A DNA stretch of 64,000 bases from Minisyncoccota bacterium (GCA_041907605.1 JAYRGZ010000014.1:5116-69115), one strand, 5' to 3'. Positions 9,660 through 20,195 are shown, counted from the first letter of the stretch. The notes: generated by a model not told the origin, from the letters alone. A program made the numbers and translations.

Positions 9660-10325
9660 ATGAAGAAGACAGAGAAAAATAAAATACTAACAAAGGCCTG
9701 GCTTCGGATTTTTTTCCTTTGTATCGGAATTGTACTTTTGCTTTGGGGAGTCAGTGAGATGCGAAGCCACAAGAGAGAGACGATAAAAGAAAGCGTTAAT
9801 ACAGAAAAGCCTTTTAATAAAATTAGCGACGAAGAGCTTTATACAAAACTCAAAAATGTTGTCATGACAGTGCCTGATACAAAGACTGTTATACAACTTA
9901 AAAATGGTGAATCAGATTATAAAGTTGATCCGGAAATTGAAAGCTTAGGTTCAATATCATTATCAGATCCATATACGGTGCGTGATGTACCAAGTACGGC
10001 TAAAAGCGACAAGAGAACAGATATAATTTCTCCACTTACTGTAGAGAGCGGTGGTTCAGGATCTTTTCAGTACATTGAATTATTTAGTTACAATGGTGAG
10101 AAACTTCTCGAAAAATCCTATGCATTCTTGGGAGATAGAATTTCTATTGATTCAGTATCAACAAAAAATGGAGGAGGTCAAATTGAATACTATGTAGTAA
10201 TAGATTATCTTGTTCGTAATGATGATGAACCAATGTCAGATGATCCGACGCACAAGAGAGAAACTACTATACCAGTAGTAGATGGACGTTTTGATCCTAA
10301 AAATACAAAGACGATAAGTCTATGA
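9660..10325 (+). CDS. Membrane-anchored hypothetical protein
   Basis: N-terminal TM helix, SGGSGSF and LGDRI motifs. Confidence 0.75.
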   Translation: MKKTEKNKILTKAWLRIFFLCIGIVLLLWGVSEMRSHKRETIKESVNTEKPFNKISDEELYTKLKNVVMTVPDTKTVIQLKNGESDYKVDPEIESLGSISLSDPYTVRDVPSTAKSDKRTDIISPLTVESGGSGSFQYIELFSYNGEKLLEKSYAFLGDRISIDSVSTKNGGGQIEYYVVIDYLVRNDDEPMSDDPTHKRETTIPVVDGRFDPKNTKTISL

Positions 10326-10570
10326 CGTTTAGAGACAAAGTTTTCGCTGTTGTAAAAAAGATTCCAAAAGGTAAAACTCTTACATATAAAGAAGTGGCTA
10401 GACTTGTGAATTCACCCAAATCATATAGAGCTGTAGGTAACGTTCTCCATACCAACTTTGACAAGAGTATTCCATGTCACAGAGTCATAAGAAGTGATGG
10501 TATTATCGGTGGATATAATCGTGGAAATAATAGAAAACTAAAACTACTTAAACAGGAAGGAGCTATTTGA
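10322..10570 (+). CDS. MGMT-family (O6-alkylguanine-DNA alkyltransferase domain) protein
   Basis: IPKGKTLTY, RAVG, IPCHRV with active-site Cys. Confidence 0.9.
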   Translation: MTFRDKVFAVVKKIPKGKTLTYKEVARLVNSPKSYRAVGNVLHTNFDKSIPCHRVIRSDGIIGGYNRGNNRKLKLLKQEGAI

Positions 10571-10610
10571 CCAGATTACCCAAGATTGCTAGTATAAAAA
10601 TACAACTAAA

Positions 10611-10712
10611 TATATCGAGATGAGGGGAGAGATTTGGCTCTATGATCCTCTGGCAACCCTGAGATATATATCTCGAACGGGTGCCCCATCCAACCCACAA
10701 GGGAGAGATACT
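10611..10712 (+). ncRNA. SAM-I (S-box) family riboswitch
   Basis: ATCGAGA..GAGAGATTTGGCTCTATGA..GGCAACC..GGTGCC..GAGAGAT core directly upstream of metK; promoter TTGACC-17-TAGTAT at 10567-10595. Confidence 0.85.
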
Positions 10713-10749
10713 ATTAACTAACCTTCCTTTTTAGGAAATTTTTTATTTT

Positions 10750-11688
10750 ATGAGAAAAACAGCAGAATTTGTTAGTCCAAAACATCCAGATAAAATATGT
10801 GATTTTATAGCCGACTCTATACTTGACGCTTATTTGTCAGGTGATATTGAAAGTAGAGTGGCAATCGAAGTAATGGGTGGACATAATCTTATAACGATAA
10901 ATGGTGAAGTAACTTCCTCTTCAAATATTGATATCGAAAAAATAGTGCATAGTATTGTAGGACAGGATTTCAAGGTAATTTCAAATGTAGTAAAACAAAG
11001 TCCTGAAATTGCTCGTGGTGTAGATACCGGTGGTGCTGGAGATCAAGGAATTATGATGGGTTACGCTACAAGTGATACTGATAATTACATGCCAAAGGAA
11101 TATGAGCTTGCTCGGAACTTGTGCAAAAAAATCTATGATATTTATCCTAATGATGGCAAAGTTCAAGTAACGATTGATGGAGGTGAGATCACTACAGTTG
11201 TTGCAAGTTTTCAAAATACTGACAGCAAAGAACTTGAGAAAATTGTAAGAGAAATAATTAAAGCAGAAGCATATAAAATTAATCCAGCAGGGCAGTGGCA
11301 CCAAGGTGGCTTTGATGCGGATACTGGACTCTCTGGTAGAAAACTTATAGTGGACAATTATGGTCCTGAGGTTAGAATCGGTGGTGGATCATTTTCTGGT
11401 AAGGATTATACAAAAGTTGATCGCTCTGGAGCGTATATGGCACGTAAAATCGCCGTGGATTATTTGAAAAAATATAATGCAAAAGAAGTAATCACAAAGC
11501 TAGCCTATGCTATAGGAGTAAGTGAGCCTGTAATGGCTAACGTGATTGTTGATGGAAAAGAAATGAACATTGAAGGCTATGATTTATCTCCAAAAGGAAT
11601 TCGTGAATTCTTGAAACTAAAACAGGTATCATATAAAGATACCTGCACCTGGGGACACTTCGGACGCGGATTTAATTGGGATAATTAA
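10750..11688 (+). CDS. metK: S-adenosylmethionine synthetase
   Basis: HPDKICD, GAGDQG, GRKLIVDNYG, GGGSFSGKDYTKVDRSGAY. Confidence 0.96.
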   Translation: MRKTAEFVSPKHPDKICDFIADSILDAYLSGDIESRVAIEVMGGHNLITINGEVTSSSNIDIEKIVHSIVGQDFKVISNVVKQSPEIARGVDTGGAGDQGIMMGYATSDTDNYMPKEYELARNLCKKIYDIYPNDGKVQVTIDGGEITTVVASFQNTDSKELEKIVREIIKAEAYKINPAGQWHQGGFDADTGLSGRKLIVDNYGPEVRIGGGSFSGKDYTKVDRSGAYMARKIAVDYLKKYNAKEVITKLAYAIGVSEPVMANVIVDGKEMNIEGYDLSPKGIREFLKLKQVSYKDTCTWGHFGRGFNWDN

Positions 11689-12755
11689 TCCTCATTAATT
11701 TTATCTAGCACTAGTGGATCTATCCCAGTTGCCGTACCACTAATTCTAAGTACGTCTTTGTCTACCTTCTTTAATTCTTTACCTGATGCATTGTAGTGAT
11801 TGGTTACAGTACTTAGTGCATTACCAAGCTTGTTGTGGTATTCCTCATAGGATTTAAGATGTTTTCCTAGCTCATCAACTCTCTTCACTATATCCTTAGC
11901 AGATTCTTCTATTTGCATAGCTTTTAGACCTTGGAGTACAGTTTGTAGGTATGCGAGAAATGATGTTGGAGAAACTATTATTACCTTATACTTAGATGCT
12001 GCACGTTGAATTAGGTTTTCAGTTTCTTCCTTGAGTGCTCCAACCTTATTTATAAGTAAATCATAATATATTGCTTCATGAGGAATGAACATAAATGCAA
12101 ATTCCATTGTATTTTGCTCAGGTTTTATATATTTAGAGGTTTCAGTAATTCTATTTTTTAAATCGTTAACAAACAATTTTTCTAATCTTTCTTTCTCAGC
12201 CGGATTTTGCTCCTCAACTAGTTTGTTATAATTCTCAAGTGAAAATTTTGAATCAATTGGAATAATTTTATCTTTTATAAATACCACAGCATCAGGAATC
12301 AAATCTTTTCCGTCGTCATCTTTTCCAAGTTTGTATTGCATTTCGTAACTACCTGGAGGAAGGACATTTTTTAGGAGTGTTTCTAAGTAGTATTCACCTA
12401 AAATTCCACGTTGTTTGGGATTTTTCAAAATATCCTGCAAACTTTGCAATTGATCAGTAAAAGAAACAACCTGACGGTTAGTCTCATCTAGTTTTGTAAG
12501 TTTTTCTGTAACTTCTTGAACAATTTTTATTGATTGATATGTTTGATACTTAAGTGATTCAGACATTTCCTTGCGTGATTCACCGAGTTTGGTATCAACA
12601 GTTCTCGATAGTTCATTAATTTGTGTAACAAGCATTTGAAGAGCAGAATTATCAATGGCGCTACTTTCGTTTCTATTGGAATTTTGTTTAGTTACAAGCC
12701 ACACAAAAAAACCTCCTACGGCTATTCCAATTATGATAAACAATGCCATTTCCAT
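11685..12755 (-). CDS. rmuC: DNA recombination protein RmuC
   Basis: N-terminal TM, KQRGILGE, PDAVV, IDSKF, FAFMFIP, VSPTS. Confidence 0.92.
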   Translation of the reverse strand: MEMALFIIIGIAVGGFFVWLVTKQNSNRNESSAIDNSALQMLVTQINELSRTVDTKLGESRKEMSESLKYQTYQSIKIVQEVTEKLTKLDETNRQVVSFTDQLQSLQDILKNPKQRGILGEYYLETLLKNVLPPGSYEMQYKLGKDDDGKDLIPDAVVFIKDKIIPIDSKFSLENYNKLVEEQNPAEKERLEKLFVNDLKNRITETSKYIKPEQNTMEFAFMFIPHEAIYYDLLINKVGALKEETENLIQRAASKYKVIIVSPTSFLAYLQTVLQGLKAMQIEESAKDIVKRVDELGKHLKSYEEYHNKLGNALSTVTNHYNASGKELKKVDKDVLRISGTATGIDPLVLDKINED

Positions 12756-12820
12756 AGGGATATTTTAACACACTTTACATATAATTATGGAGTGGTAGGC
12801 TCTATTTAAATCCTAAAACC

Positions 12821-13174
12821 ATGATACCTAACATCAATTCTATGACACTTGCACAGCAAGTTGCATGGGTACTAGAGCACAGCTCAAGGAAATCAAGTAA
12901 TCTTGACCAGTCGAAAATGCACCACATCTTAGGCTCAATTCTGAGAGGAAGTGATGAGCCAACAATTCCAGATGCTATTGCCTCGCTACCAATAAGTCAA
13001 AAGTTTGTAATCGTTAGTAGTATTCCGGAATATGAAGAGATACTGTCCTACTGGTTGAATCAGTGGATTGTAATCCTCGGTGACGAGAACGTAAACGATG
13101 AGAGTAGTTGGTCTTGGCCAGCAATGCTGTCATTTTTTCCGGGACACAAATTACCCGAAATATATTTGGGCTAA
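12821..13174 (+). CDS. Hypothetical protein
   Basis: 117-aa ORF filling an intergenic gap. Confidence 0.55.
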   Translation: MIPNINSMTLAQQVAWVLEHSSRKSSNLDQSKMHHILGSILRGSDEPTIPDAIASLPISQKFVIVSSIPEYEEILSYWLNQWIVILGDENVNDESSWSWPAMLSFFPGHKLPEIYLG

Positions 13175-13216
13175 AAATGGAAGAGAAAATATAAGGGCAA
13201 CGTGAAAACGACCCTT

Positions 13217-13996
13217 TTATTTTTTTGTCTTGTTTACAATTTCCTTGAAGGCTTTCCCAGCATTGTCTCTGTATGCACAGTATTCGCATGTACTACTAGC
13301 TCCCGGAATTTCATCGCTCTGTAATAATTGATACAAGTCTTCAATAATTTTATCAACCCAGCTACTGTCTCCACTGTAGGGAATGATCTGTACATCAAAC
13401 TCCAATTTTGCATCGAATGCTTTTTTATCAGTCTTGCCATTTACATACACAAAGTATCCAGTGCTAGATACCTTATAACCCTTGTTGCGGAGCAACCATT
13501 GATAAAACTCCATTTGTCTTTTATAAACAACCTTCCACTGATCGTCTAAATTTATCTCACCATCTTTTGCTGTTGCCTTATAGTCAACAACTACGTATTC
13601 ACCTGCGTCATTTATCCATAAATCATCAATCGCACCAGTGAAAATTAAATTATGTTTTTTGTCATAATATTGGACTCCTTCAAAGTTCTCTCTCCATATA
13701 GGCAATTCATCGTGGTCGACTGGCCTCGCATCTATTCCGTAGCTTTCCATGAGAGGGTGTTTTTCATTTTTGGCTCGATAACTATCAAATTCTTTTTTTA
13801 GAAGTCCATCAACCGCCACGTTAAGTGTAAATGCAGGCATTGAAGGGCGCTTTACACCGAGTTTACGATCTAGAAAAAAACAGCGTTTACATTCAACAAA
13901 CATATCTACCTTTGTGCGCGACAAAACAAATGGATCCTTCGAATCCTTGTCATATTGTTTTTGCCAACGCCACGAAATTCCATCAACATTTCCCAT
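13217..13996 (-). CDS. PD-(D/E)XK nuclease family protein
   Basis: LSRTK, GAIDD, VVDYK, QMEFY, CxxC at both ends; ATG 13996 avoids overlap with the next gene. Confidence 0.85.
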   Translation of the reverse strand: MGNVDGISWRWQKQYDKDSKDPFVLSRTKVDMFVECKRCFFLDRKLGVKRPSMPAFTLNVAVDGLLKKEFDSYRAKNEKHPLMESYGIDARPVDHDELPIWRENFEGVQYYDKKHNLIFTGAIDDLWINDAGEYVVVDYKATAKDGEINLDDQWKVVYKRQMEFYQWLLRNKGYKVSSTGYFVYVNGKTDKKAFDAKLEFDVQIIPYSGDSSWVDKIIEDLYQLLQSDEIPGASSTCEYCAYRDNAGKAFKEIVNKTKK

Positions 13997-14033
13997 GAGT
14001 GATATTTTAGCATAATTTTGGTATAATCCTTTT

Positions 14034-14486
14034 ATGTTGCACGAGCAAATTAAAGGCGGAATAAAAGAAGCAATGATGTCAAAGGACACAATAAGACTTG
14101 AAGTTTTACGTGGAATTGTCACTGCTTGTACCAATGAATTAGTAGCTAAAGGCAAGAAACCTCAGGATATTTTGACAGACGAGGAAGTTCTAGCCGTGAT
14201 AACTAGATTATCAAAACAAAGAAAGGACTCTATTGAGCAATATACAAAAGCCAATCGTCCAGAACTTGTAGAAGAAGAGAAATCACAGCTTTCTGTACTA
14301 GAAACCTTCCTACCTAAAATGATGAGTACCGAAGAGATAACTAATATTGCAAGTGCTAAGAAGGCTGAATTGGGAATTACAGACGTAGCAAAAAAAGGAA
14401 TGCTGATGTCTGCACTTATGAAAGATCTCAAGGGCAAGGCAGACGGTATGGATGTAAAAAATGTAGTCGATTCATTATTTAATTAA
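14034..14486 (+). CDS. GatB/YqeY domain protein
   Basis: KQRKDSIEQY, FLPKMMS, KGKADG. Confidence 0.9.
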   Translation: MLHEQIKGGIKEAMMSKDTIRLEVLRGIVTACTNELVAKGKKPQDILTDEEVLAVITRLSKQRKDSIEQYTKANRPELVEEEKSQLSVLETFLPKMMSTEEITNIASAKKAELGITDVAKKGMLMSALMKDLKGKADGMDVKNVVDSLFN

Positions 14487-14496
14487 TTTTATTTTT

Positions 14497-14832
14497 ATGA
14501 AAATAATTCTTCATTGGCTAATACTATCTCTCGCTATTCTCGCATCAGCTTACGTTATCCCCGGAATTCATGTTTCTGGAATTCTAGTGGCTATACTTGC
14601 AGCTGCTATTTTGGCGTTTATAAATACAATTATTAAACCAGTTATATCTATCCTAACGCTACCACTCAATATTCTGACCCTAGGACTCTTCTCACTCGTA
14701 ATTAATGGATTGTTTTTCTGGTTTATCGCTCATTTTATTTCTGGATTTACTGTAGATACTTTCAAGGCAGCATTTCTAGGAGCAATCGTGGTTTCAATAA
14801 TTAACTGGTTGGGCGAAAAAGTACTAGGCTAA
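14497..14832 (+). CDS. YvlD-like 4-TM 'phage holin family' membrane protein
   Basis: INTIIKPVISILTLPLNILTLGLFSLVING. Confidence 0.88.
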   Translation: MKIILHWLILSLAILASAYVIPGIHVSGILVAILAAAILAFINTIIKPVISILTLPLNILTLGLFSLVINGLFFWFIAHFISGFTVDTFKAAFLGAIVVSIINWLGEKVLG

Positions 14833-14834
14833 AT

Positions 14835-15440
14835 ATGAGCATTGCAAATACCTTAACCCAACTAGTCTCGGGTCATACACTTATTGCTTATCTATTTATA
14901 TTTTTTGGTATTTTAATTGAGGGTGAATTAGTTCTTATTGCCACAGGTGTACTCGCACACGTTGGAATATTGCCAATTTATCCTACACTTTTTATTGGAC
15001 TTCTCGGTGCTGTAGGTAAAACTGCTTTAGGATACTATCTAGGGTCACTACTTGGTCAGTATTTTCCACGCAATCTAATTCTTAAATACTCTGAACACAA
15101 AGTACTATCGCTTTTGCCACGTTTTCGGGAAAGACCGTTTTGGTCAATTTTCATTTCAAAATTTATATATGGGATAAATAATCTGGTAATAATTTTTGCT
15201 GGATACACAAAGGCGCAATTTAAAACCTATATAAAGGCAGAGATGTTATCTACGGCAATCTGGGCACCCCTTATTTTCTCCTTGGGGTATTTTTTCAGCC
15301 ATACTGCATTTAGCATAACTCGTGATATAAAGAAGTCAGCAGTATTTATATTGGTATTCCTAATACTGTTTATGATACTAGAGAAAGTTATAACGGGAAT
15401 TATCAGTTTCTTTGAGGAATATCAAAGCGCAAAAAAATAA
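14835..15440 (+). CDS. DedA family membrane protein
   Basis: LIEGE, GYYLG, SKFIYG. Confidence 0.85.
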   Translation: MSIANTLTQLVSGHTLIAYLFIFFGILIEGELVLIATGVLAHVGILPIYPTLFIGLLGAVGKTALGYYLGSLLGQYFPRNLILKYSEHKVLSLLPRFRERPFWSIFISKFIYGINNLVIIFAGYTKAQFKTYIKAEMLSTAIWAPLIFSLGYFFSHTAFSITRDIKKSAVFILVFLILFMILEKVITGIISFFEEYQSAKK

Positions 15441-15441
15441 T

Positions 15442-16356
15442 ATGTTCTGGAAAAATAAAAAAACAATAGTAACTCATAGTGGCACATTTCACGCAGATGA
15501 TGTTTTTGCTGTAGCTATACTATCCAAAATTCTAGGCGATAATTTCAAGCTCATCCGAACTAGAGATAAAAAATTATTTGAGAGTGCTGATTTTGTGGTT
15601 GATGTCGGTGGTACACACGATGCGCACGAGGAGAGATTTGATCATCATCAGGGCGAAGGTGCTGGTAAAAGAAAAAATGGTATAGCATACGCCTCTGCTG
15701 GTTTGGTATGGAATAAATATGGCGAGCAGATATGTGGTAGTCGGGCTGTGGCGAGTAAAGTGGATGAGCGATTAATTCAAGTTGTCGATGCTACAGACAA
15801 TGGTCTATCGATTTCAAAACCAATTTTTGAACAAGTATTTCCTTATACGATTTCAGATATGATAGCCTCATTCGTACCAGGGATATTTGAGGACGAGAAT
15901 ACAGCAGATAATCAGTTTAAAAAAGCCTTATCTTTTGCAAAAAACATCTTAGATAACGAGATAAAAAAAGCAGGTGATCAAATATATATAGAAGCAAAAG
16001 TTAAGGATACTATATCTAATGGGAGTTTGGATTCAAATACTGTAGTTTTTGATGAATACATGCCTCGTGTACCACTATGGATTGAGTTAGGAAAATACCC
16101 CAATATCCTGTATGCTGTTGCTCCAGCTACAATAGACAAAAGTAAGTGGAAATTGGTCGCAGTACCTAAGGATATGAACTTCTTTACATATAGAAAGACA
16201 CTGCCAAGTGCTTGGGAAGCAAAAAATGGTAAGGAATTGCAAGACATTACGGGAGTATCTGATGCAGAATTTTGTCACAAGGATTTATTCCTATGTATTG
16301 CTGGATCAAAAGAAGGAGCTTTAAAACTTATGCAAAAAGCAGTAGAAAACATATGA
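15442..16356 (+). CDS. MYG1-family exonuclease
   Basis: THSGTFHADD, VDVGG, FDHHQ, SAGLVW, DATDNG, FCH. Confidence 0.92.
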   Translation: MFWKNKKTIVTHSGTFHADDVFAVAILSKILGDNFKLIRTRDKKLFESADFVVDVGGTHDAHEERFDHHQGEGAGKRKNGIAYASAGLVWNKYGEQICGSRAVASKVDERLIQVVDATDNGLSISKPIFEQVFPYTISDMIASFVPGIFEDENTADNQFKKALSFAKNILDNEIKKAGDQIYIEAKVKDTISNGSLDSNTVVFDEYMPRVPLWIELGKYPNILYAVAPATIDKSKWKLVAVPKDMNFFTYRKTLPSAWEAKNGKELQDITGVSDAEFCHKDLFLCIAGSKEGALKLMQKAVENI

Positions 16357-16733
16357 GCCAACTTGAAATAAAATTTAATAATGTGGAAAATCCTAAATTT
16401 CTTGAAGATGTACCGAATTGGCAAGAGAAACTGCAATTGAGAAAATTAGCACTGTACAACAGAGATATGGCTAAAGAAGGAAAGCTACGTTTTAATTATG
16501 CTGATGGTGCAAACGCGGAGGCATTATTCTTAAATAAAGAATACGGTAGAGAGGTTGCCCATGTTGAAAAAGGAATAGGTCTTAATGACTGGAGAGTAGT
16601 AATTAATGCACCTTCTCGAGACGCTTTCAAGGATATATTAGTAAATCAAGAAGAAGGAGATGAGATTCTTCCTCATAAAGTAAAAGAAGCAGTCGAATTG
16701 AATACAAAAGAGGATAAACAAAGAGCAGCATAA
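16353..16733 (+). CDS. Hypothetical protein
   Basis: ATGA overlap with MYG1 stop; ends 3 nt before obg. Confidence 0.65.
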   Translation: MSQLEIKFNNVENPKFLEDVPNWQEKLQLRKLALYNRDMAKEGKLRFNYADGANAEALFLNKEYGREVAHVEKGIGLNDWRVVINAPSRDAFKDILVNQEEGDEILPHKVKEAVELNTKEDKQRAA

Positions 16734-16736
16734 TAT

Positions 16737-17714
16737 ATGGCATTTATTGATGAAGTAAAAATTAAAGCGGAGGCAGGTCGTGGGGGAGACGGCGTTGTTC
16801 GTTGGCGTCAGGAGAAATTTATTCCGAAAGGTGGTCCTGCTGGAGGAGACGGTGGAAAAGGTGGAGATATTTTTGTAAAAGCTGTACGTAGTATGCGAAC
16901 GCTTGCTAAGTACAAGGCCAAAACTGAATTTAAAGCTGAGAACGGATTTCCAGGAGAATCTAGGAGTAAGCATGGCCGTGATGGTAAAGATATAGTCATT
17001 GAGCTACCTCTTGGAAGTGTAATAAAAAATTTAAATACTGGAGAAAAATTTTCATTAGTTGATGACAAAGAAACACATCTAATACTCAAAGGTGGACGTG
17101 GTGGACTTGGAAACGAGCAGTTCAAAAGTTCTGTAAATACAACTCCCAAAAAATCAACCCCGGGTAAGCCGGGTGAGAACGCGGAATTCTATATAGAGCT
17201 AGAGCTTTTTGCTGATATCGGACTAATCGGACTACCGAATGCTGGCAAGAGTTCATTGCTTAACTCTCTTACAAATGCAGTGGCAAAGGTGGGTGACTAT
17301 GCTTTCACAACGCTTGATCCAAACCTTGGTGATTTACATGGCTTTACAATTGCGGATATTCCAGGACTTATCGAAGGCGCAAGCGAGGGTAAAGGGCTTG
17401 GTACAAGATTTCTTAAACATATCAAACGAACAAAAATGCTAGTGCATTTAGTGTCATTTGAAAATGGAATGAATATGATGAAGGCATACAAACAAATACG
17501 TTCTGAATTAGAACAGTATGGTAATGGTCTCTCGGATAAAGATGAAGTAATACTCCTAACAAAAACTGATGTTTGCGAAGACAAGAAAGAAATCAGTAAG
17601 AAAATCAAGGAATTTGAAAAACTTAAAAAGCCAGTTTTTGCAGTATCACTCTTTGACGATAAATCTATAAAAGAATTTAAGGATGGTCTCGTAAAAATCC
17701 TAAATAAAGAGTAG
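16737..17714 (+). CDS. obgE: GTPase Obg
   Basis: Gly-rich Obg fold, GLPNAGKS, DIPG, TKTD. Confidence 0.97.
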   Translation: MAFIDEVKIKAEAGRGGDGVVRWRQEKFIPKGGPAGGDGGKGGDIFVKAVRSMRTLAKYKAKTEFKAENGFPGESRSKHGRDGKDIVIELPLGSVIKNLNTGEKFSLVDDKETHLILKGGRGGLGNEQFKSSVNTTPKKSTPGKPGENAEFYIELELFADIGLIGLPNAGKSSLLNSLTNAVAKVGDYAFTTLDPNLGDLHGFTIADIPGLIEGASEGKGLGTRFLKHIKRTKMLVHLVSFENGMNMMKAYKQIRSELEQYGNGLSDKDEVILLTKTDVCEDKKEISKKIKEFEKLKKPVFAVSLFDDKSIKEFKDGLVKILNKE

Positions 17715-17723
17715 TATATTTTT

Positions 17724-19148
17724 ATGAGTGATAAGCAATATTTCACAACAATAGGATTAGAAATTCACGCGGAACTAAATACAAAATCAAAGATGTTTTG
17801 TGGCTGTAAGAATGATCCCGATGAAGAGAAACCAAACACAAATATTTGTCCAGTATGTATGGCTCATCCAGGATCACTGCCTGTGATAAATAAAGATGCA
17901 GTACTCTCAGTAATAAAGGTAGGTTTGGCGCTAAATGGACAAATATCAGAAGATTTCACAGAATTTGATAGAAAGAATTATTTCTATCCAGATATTCCAA
18001 AGGCTTATCAGATATCACAATACAAATATCCAATTGTCGGTGGTGGAAATCTCAAAGGCATTGATATTACGCGTGTGCACCTAGAAGAAGATACTGCTAC
18101 ATCAAAGCATGATAGGGGTGATTATTCTCTAGTAGATTTCAATCGTGCTGGTGTACCACTTATGGAGCTTGTGACAGAACCAGTTATACATTCTGCAGAA
18201 GAAGCAGGGAATTTTGCACGTGAATTACAGTTGCTACTGCGGTATCTCAATGTTTCTGAAGCAAATATGGAAAAAGGCCAAATGCGAGTAGAGCTCAATA
18301 TCTCAGTATCAGATGATCCCAAAAAATTTGGTACCAAAGTGGAGGTGAAGAATATTAATTCATTCAAAGCCGTAGAACGTGCAGCTAAATTTGAAACTGA
18401 GAGAATGATTGAACTTCTTGAAGCTGGTAAAGGATCAGAAATTGTACAGGAGACACGGGGATGGGATGAAACAAAACAAATTACCTTCTCTCAGCGTTCT
18501 AAGGAAAATGCACAGGACTACCGATATTTTCCTGATCCAGATTTACCGAAACTTGTCATGAAAGATGTATTTGATATTGCAGACCTACGAAAGGATTTAC
18601 CAGAACTACCTGAAGCGCGAAGAATTAGATATAGTGAGCAATTTGGAATAAAAGCCGAAGATGTAGAAAATTATATAAATGATTTTACTCTAGCGGGATT
18701 CTTTGAGGATGTAGTTACAGATCTCAACGGAAATAAAGATAGAATAAAATTAGCTTCAAACTACATATCATCTGATTTGATAGGATTAATGAAGAAAGAC
18801 CCTAGCATTAAATTACCACATTCCTATCATCTTGCTGAATTAATTAATATGATTTCCGAGAATAAACTTTCTTCAAGGGGAGCAAAGGATTTGTTGCTAT
18901 TAATTTGTAAAAATGATAAATCACCTCAAGAATTAGCCGAAGACAATGGATTAATTCAGAAAAATAATAGCGAAGAATTAGAATCCATAATCAGAAATGT
19001 TATTGAAAATAATACGAAAGTAGTTGAGGAATATAAAGCCGGTAAGGAGGCTTCACTGCAGTTTCTAATAGGCCAGGTAATGAAGGAATCCAAAGGTAGT
19101 GCGAACCCCGGGGTTGCTAAGCAATTATTAATAGATTTGTTAAAATAG
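17724..19148 (+). CDS. gatB: Asp/Glu-tRNA amidotransferase subunit B
   Basis: IGLEIH, RKNYFYPD, HLEED, DYRYFPDPDL. Confidence 0.97.
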   Translation: MSDKQYFTTIGLEIHAELNTKSKMFCGCKNDPDEEKPNTNICPVCMAHPGSLPVINKDAVLSVIKVGLALNGQISEDFTEFDRKNYFYPDIPKAYQISQYKYPIVGGGNLKGIDITRVHLEEDTATSKHDRGDYSLVDFNRAGVPLMELVTEPVIHSAEEAGNFARELQLLLRYLNVSEANMEKGQMRVELNISVSDDPKKFGTKVEVKNINSFKAVERAAKFETERMIELLEAGKGSEIVQETRGWDETKQITFSQRSKENAQDYRYFPDPDLPKLVMKDVFDIADLRKDLPELPEARRIRYSEQFGIKAEDVENYINDFTLAGFFEDVVTDLNGNKDRIKLASNYISSDLIGLMKKDPSIKLPHSYHLAELINMISENKLSSRGAKDLLLLICKNDKSPQELAEDNGLIQKNNSEELESIIRNVIENNTKVVEEYKAGKEASLQFLIGQVMKESKGSANPGVAKQLLIDLLK

Positions 19149-19152
19149 ATAC

Positions 19153-20184
19153 ATGAGTAATAAAAAAGTCAGAGTAGGTATAAACGGCTTTGGCCGTATC
19201 GGTAGGGCATTTTTCAAAATTGCATGGGACAAACCTGAGATTGAAATCGTGGCATTAAATGATTTGGGTGATGTCAATAATATGGCATACCTCTTAAAAC
19301 ACGATACGGTATATCGTACATGGCCACACGATGTTAGTGTAGACGGTTCAAATATTGTAGTAGATGGTAAGAAGGTTCAAGTAGTGGCAGAAAAGGATCC
19401 TAATCTACTACCTTGGAAAGATTTGGATATTGATGTTGTGGTAGAGTCTACTGGTTTATTTACAGCATACGATAAAGCAAGCGCTCATATAAAAGCAGGA
19501 GCAAAGAAGGTTGTAATTTCTGCACCAGCAAAGGATGGTGATAGCGCGTATCCTGGAGAGACAATACTTCTCGGAGTAAACGACGACAAATTCGGTACAT
19601 GCGATGTCACATCGAATGCATCCTGTACTACAAATGCAGCTAGCCCTCTAATTGCAATACTTCATGATTCAATTGGAATAGAGAAAGCAGTTTTAAATAC
19701 TGTACATGCTTACACTGCATCACAAGCAATAGTAGATGGTCCCGCAAAGAAAGACCTAAGAGAAGGAAGAGCTGCTGCACAAAATATTGTACCGAGTTCT
19801 ACTGGTGCAGCTATCGCTGTGACGAAAGCATTTCCAGACCTCAATAATTTATTTGATGGCATATCAATACGTGTGCCAGTACCGGCTGGATCAATAGTAG
19901 ACGTCACATTTATCGCAAAGCGTAATACTAGTGCAGAAGAAGTAAACAAAATTCTCACAGATGCATCAAATTCTGATCACTGGAAGAAAATTTTTGCTGT
20001 TACAAATGAGCCTCTAGTATCAAGTGACATACTCGGCGAATCACATGCATCTATCGCTGACCTTGCTATGACTAGAGTAGTTGGAGGCAACCTTGTGAAA
20101 GTTCTCGCATGGTATGACAACGAAATGGGATACACACATACATTAATTGATCACGTTATTAACGTCGGAAATACTATTAAGTAA
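19153..20184 (+). CDS. gap: Type I glyceraldehyde-3-phosphate dehydrogenase
   Basis: GINGFGRIGR, ASCTTN, WYDNE. Confidence 0.97.
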   Translation: MSNKKVRVGINGFGRIGRAFFKIAWDKPEIEIVALNDLGDVNNMAYLLKHDTVYRTWPHDVSVDGSNIVVDGKKVQVVAEKDPNLLPWKDLDIDVVVESTGLFTAYDKASAHIKAGAKKVVISAPAKDGDSAYPGETILLGVNDDKFGTCDVTSNASCTTNAASPLIAILHDSIGIEKAVLNTVHAYTASQAIVDGPAKKDLREGRAAAQNIVPSSTGAAIAVTKAFPDLNNLFDGISIRVPVPAGSIVDVTFIAKRNTSAEEVNKILTDASNSDHWKKIFAVTNEPLVSSDILGESHASIADLAMTRVVGGNLVKVLAWYDNEMGYTHTLIDHVINVGNTIK

Positions 20185-20195
20185 TTGAGTTAGAT

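Noticed and set aside
2980-13996. CRISPR-Cas system from the Cas2-like and Cas4-like genes
   Set aside because: No repeat-spacer array or cas1; the genes are 10 kb apart and fit PaaX-like and stand-alone nuclease families
14497-14832. Prophage suggested by the 'phage holin family' protein
   Set aside because: YvlD-like housekeeping membrane protein; no integrase, terminase or structural genes nearby
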